DNA from: a virus
Taxonomy: Duplodnaviria > Heunggongvirae > Uroviricota > Caudoviricetes
IMG/VR virus record: IMGVR_UViG_3300027126_000001
Reading direction: 5' to 3' (one strand)
DNA: 26,216 bases
In this document: piece after piece, positions 24,365-26,216 of the stretch
Layout: each line of letters starts with the position of its first letter
Numbering within the stretch: the first letter of the stretch is position 1
Notes under the pieces: model-generated
What the model saw: the letters and a program-made list of their open reading frames with translations, nothing else
What the model was told of the DNA's origin: nothing
Databases searched by the model: none
Program-made: the position numbers and the translations under genes

Positions 24365-24982
24365 TCACATCCACCATTTTTCAATTTCTGACTCCATTAT
24401 TTTAAATAATAGCTTTCTTGCTCTGTCATGATTCAAATGTGCAACATTCATTGCTAATATTCTTTTCATATCAGATTCATCTCTACCATTTAAAGTAAAT
24501 ACTCCTTCTCCTTTTAATACTTTTTTATAAACTAAAGGATATTTTTTGAAATACTCATCATAATTTTCCCATACTTCTTCTGAATTGTATAATGAATTTC
24601 CTGTTCCATCATTACATGGTGTGAACCATACTCTGTCTTTACCGTAATCCATGTACTCCATGGCATATGTTTCATCTTGTACTTTTTCAATTAAAGAAAC
24701 ACATAATCTCATTCTACGAGCATCTTGTTGGGCTCGAGTATGCCGGTTCCTATCACCAATATATTTAGCTTGTGATTTGAGTTTATGTTTTAAAACTTCA
24801 AAAATATAGTGGGAATCCCAATTTCTATCTTTCCAGATGATTGGTAACCAATACCATAGATTCTTTACTCCATTCTTAAAGTACTTGTGATAGTATTTAC
24901 CATCATGGTTCCACCACAGCCATATTCTTCTAAAGAAGTTTGGTCTTGGTCTGTTTTTTATTTCTTCGAAAAAGTCTTCCAT
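24365..24982 (-). CDS. Hypothetical phage protein
   Basis: 205-aa ORF, no recognised catalytic motif. Confidence 0.75.
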   Translation of the reverse strand: MEDFFEEIKNRPRPNFFRRIWLWWNHDGKYYHKYFKNGVKNLWYWLPIIWKDRNWDSHYIFEVLKHKLKSQAKYIGDRNRHTRAQQDARRMRLCVSLIEKVQDETYAMEYMDYGKDRVWFTPCNDGTGNSLYNSEEVWENYDEYFKKYPLVYKKVLKGEGVFTLNGRDESDMKRILAMNVAHLNHDRARKLLFKIMESEIEKWWM

Positions 24983-24983
24983 A

Positions 24984-25076
24984 TTAATTACTTCCTTTAT
25001 TTATTAAATAATACCATAACCATATTATTCGGGGTCTTATAAATTCATAAGCTGCCCATATTAAAATCCATTTCAT
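24984..25076 (-). CDS. 30-aa hydrophobic peptide
   Basis: Manual translation MKWILIWAAYEFIRPRIIWLWYYLINKGSN. ATGA overlap with the upstream gene; fills the gap. Confidence 0.45.
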   Translation of the reverse strand: MKWILIWAAYEFIRPRIIWLWYYLINKGSN

Positions 25077-25483
25077 ACTGTATGCTCTATTTGTACTCTT
25101 ACACAATTTTGAGGTAATCTATGAATGTGTCTGTAATTGTTTATGTACCCCATCATATTTGCGCTACCAACTGCATTTGCAGAATGTATTACCACATCAA
25201 CAACAGGTTTACCATCTAGCCATTGATTGACTAGCCATTTAGTACAATCCATTCCAGTTTTCTCTTCAATGTTATCATAATTTAATTCGTAATTGTGATA
25301 CACGTTTGAGTGCCATTCGGCCATTGCTGAAGGCCCTAAATCATGATCTAATGAAATTACTTCAATGTTTTCTAATCCATAATAATTAACTTGATCTACA
25401 AATTGGTCATAGTTTCTAACTACTTTCCAAGTTGGGTCAACTGGTGTTCTTACATCATCTAGATATATTTTTATTTTATTCAT
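25073..25483 (-). CDS. Receiver-fold phosphoesterase-like protein (cyclic-phosphate-processing receiver type)
   Basis: IYLDDVRTP, ISLDHDLG, TGMDC.KWL, IHSANAVG motifs. Confidence 0.65.
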   Translation of the reverse strand: MNKIKIYLDDVRTPVDPTWKVVRNYDQFVDQVNYYGLENIEVISLDHDLGPSAMAEWHSNVYHNYELNYDNIEEKTGMDCTKWLVNQWLDGKPVVDVVIHSANAVGSANMMGYINNYRHIHRLPQNCVRVQIEHTV

Positions 25484-25703
25484 ATTATTTCTTTTTAAAT
25501 TGTTATAAACCGTATATTAATTTAGTAGTAAACATTCCTAACACCATACCAAAACAAACACAAATTATTGTCCATAGTATGTATTTTACCCAATCAATGT
25601 CGTATTTAAAATTATTTCTTTTACCATTTGTGTATTTTGTCTCAATAGCATCAGCAGCTTCTTCAAGTGTAAGTTGTTTCATATTATTTCTTTTTAAATT
25701 GTT
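25481..25703. repeat. 24-bp direct repeat (25481-25504 and 25680-25703) flanking one small gene
   Basis: catattatttctttttaaattgtt occurs at both positions; its 3' 20 nt also occur at 22523. Confidence 0.85.
25503..25682 (-). CDS. Small membrane protein
   Basis: Likely start MKQLTLEE at 25682; C-terminal hydrophobic helix. Confidence 0.6.
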   Translation of the reverse strand: MKQLTLEEAADAIETKYTNGKRNNFKYDIDWVKYILWTIICVCFGMVLGMFTTKLIYGL

Positions 25704-26216
25704 CAAACCATTTTGTAATATTGCTAATATTTTTCATTTCAGCAGAAAATTCTACAAGTATGTCAATAACTTCTTTTTCACTATAACTTCTTTCTTGTTG
25801 CCATTTAGCACCTGCTGTAAACCCACAAACAAAATCAAATCTATTAGCTTCTAAAATAAATTTTCTAAATTCTTTAAAAGATTCTTCTCCTGCTATAAAA
25901 GAATCTTCTTCAATTGTTTCTTGTTTAGGTTCTTCTTTTGGAATAGTTAGTCTATAAGGCTGGTTGGTTAAGTGTTCTACTTTTTTAACCTCAATAAATT
26001 CACAACTTGGATTTTTTACAAACCATTCTAAAAACTCATCATCAATAGCTTGTACACCATCTTTGATTAAGTCTTGGTCTGTTGTTAGGATAATTTTTTT
26101 ACTTGGAATTTCCTCCCCTTTAGGTTTCCTTTGGTAATTATTAATTCTCTTATCCCCATCTTTAATTTCTTCATCATTTGTTATGTGTATATTCACATTA
26201 ACACACCACTGATTAT
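25684..26216 (-). CDS. Mosaic hypothetical phage protein, copy 2 (5' end beyond window)
   Basis: Frame is open to the window edge; the ORF-track start is an internal GTG that encodes Val in copy 1. Confidence 0.72.
   Translation of the reverse strand, partial: NQWCVNVNIHITNDEEIKDGDKRINNYQRKPKGEEIPSKKIILTTDQDLIKDGVQAIDDEFLEWFVKNPSCEFIEVKKVEHLTNQPYRLTIPKEEPKQETIEEDSFIAGEESFKEFRKFILEANRFDFVCGFTAGAKWQQERSYSEKEVIDILVEFSAEMKNISNITKWFEQFKKK
25684..26216. repeat. Long imperfect direct repeat, copy 2
   Basis: Matches 22523..23079 through to the end of the window. Confidence 0.92.

Noticed and set aside
554-25854. Plus-strand ORFs from the track (e.g. 2062..2502, 3042..3368, 9847..10188, 25432..25854)
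   Set aside because: All are antisense shadows of well-supported minus-strand genes and have no recognisable motifs.
22523-26216. Diversity-generating retroelement TR/VR pair
   Set aside because: Mismatches are not confined to adenines of one copy (both copies contribute, and a G/C change occurs), there are indels and whole-patch swaps, and no reverse transcriptase is present in the window.
1-26216. CRISPR array, IS element or integrase; stop-codon reassignment
   Set aside because: No regularly spaced repeats, transposase or recombinase motifs were seen. Conserved genes are full length under code 11 with normal stops.

Overview
AT-rich segment of a large lytic-type phage genome, almost certainly infecting Bacteroidota (Flavobacterium-like). 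All credible genes are on the minus strand, leaders lack Shine-Dalgarno sites, and seven intergenic promoters match TTG-N20-TAnnTT(A/T)A/T, the Bacteroidota sigma-A type. The core is a 7-deazaguanine DNA-hypermodification locus: folE, queD, queE, full-length queF, a compact TGT/DpdA-like transglycosylase and a PurN-like formyltransferase, predicting a formyl-preQ1 (fdPreQ1-type) base. It is interleaved with a P-loop nucleotide kinase, a MazG-like NTP pyrophosphatase, a Gpt-like phosphoribosyltransferase and a PD-(D/E)XK nuclease, and sits directly beside a family-A DNA polymerase with non-canonical active-site motifs. My inference is that the modified base may be made in the nucleotide pool and incorporated during replication; this is untested. 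No queC is visible in the window. Other contents: a groES-groEL operon with an unannotated Hc1/histone-H1-like gene, a GC-rich structured intergenic element, a fibre/LamG-like module, thyA, three free-standing homing endonucleases carrying a second upstream motif, and a mosaic accessory region with a duplicated gene and short junction repeats. All family assignments come from motif recognition by eye; no database searches were run.
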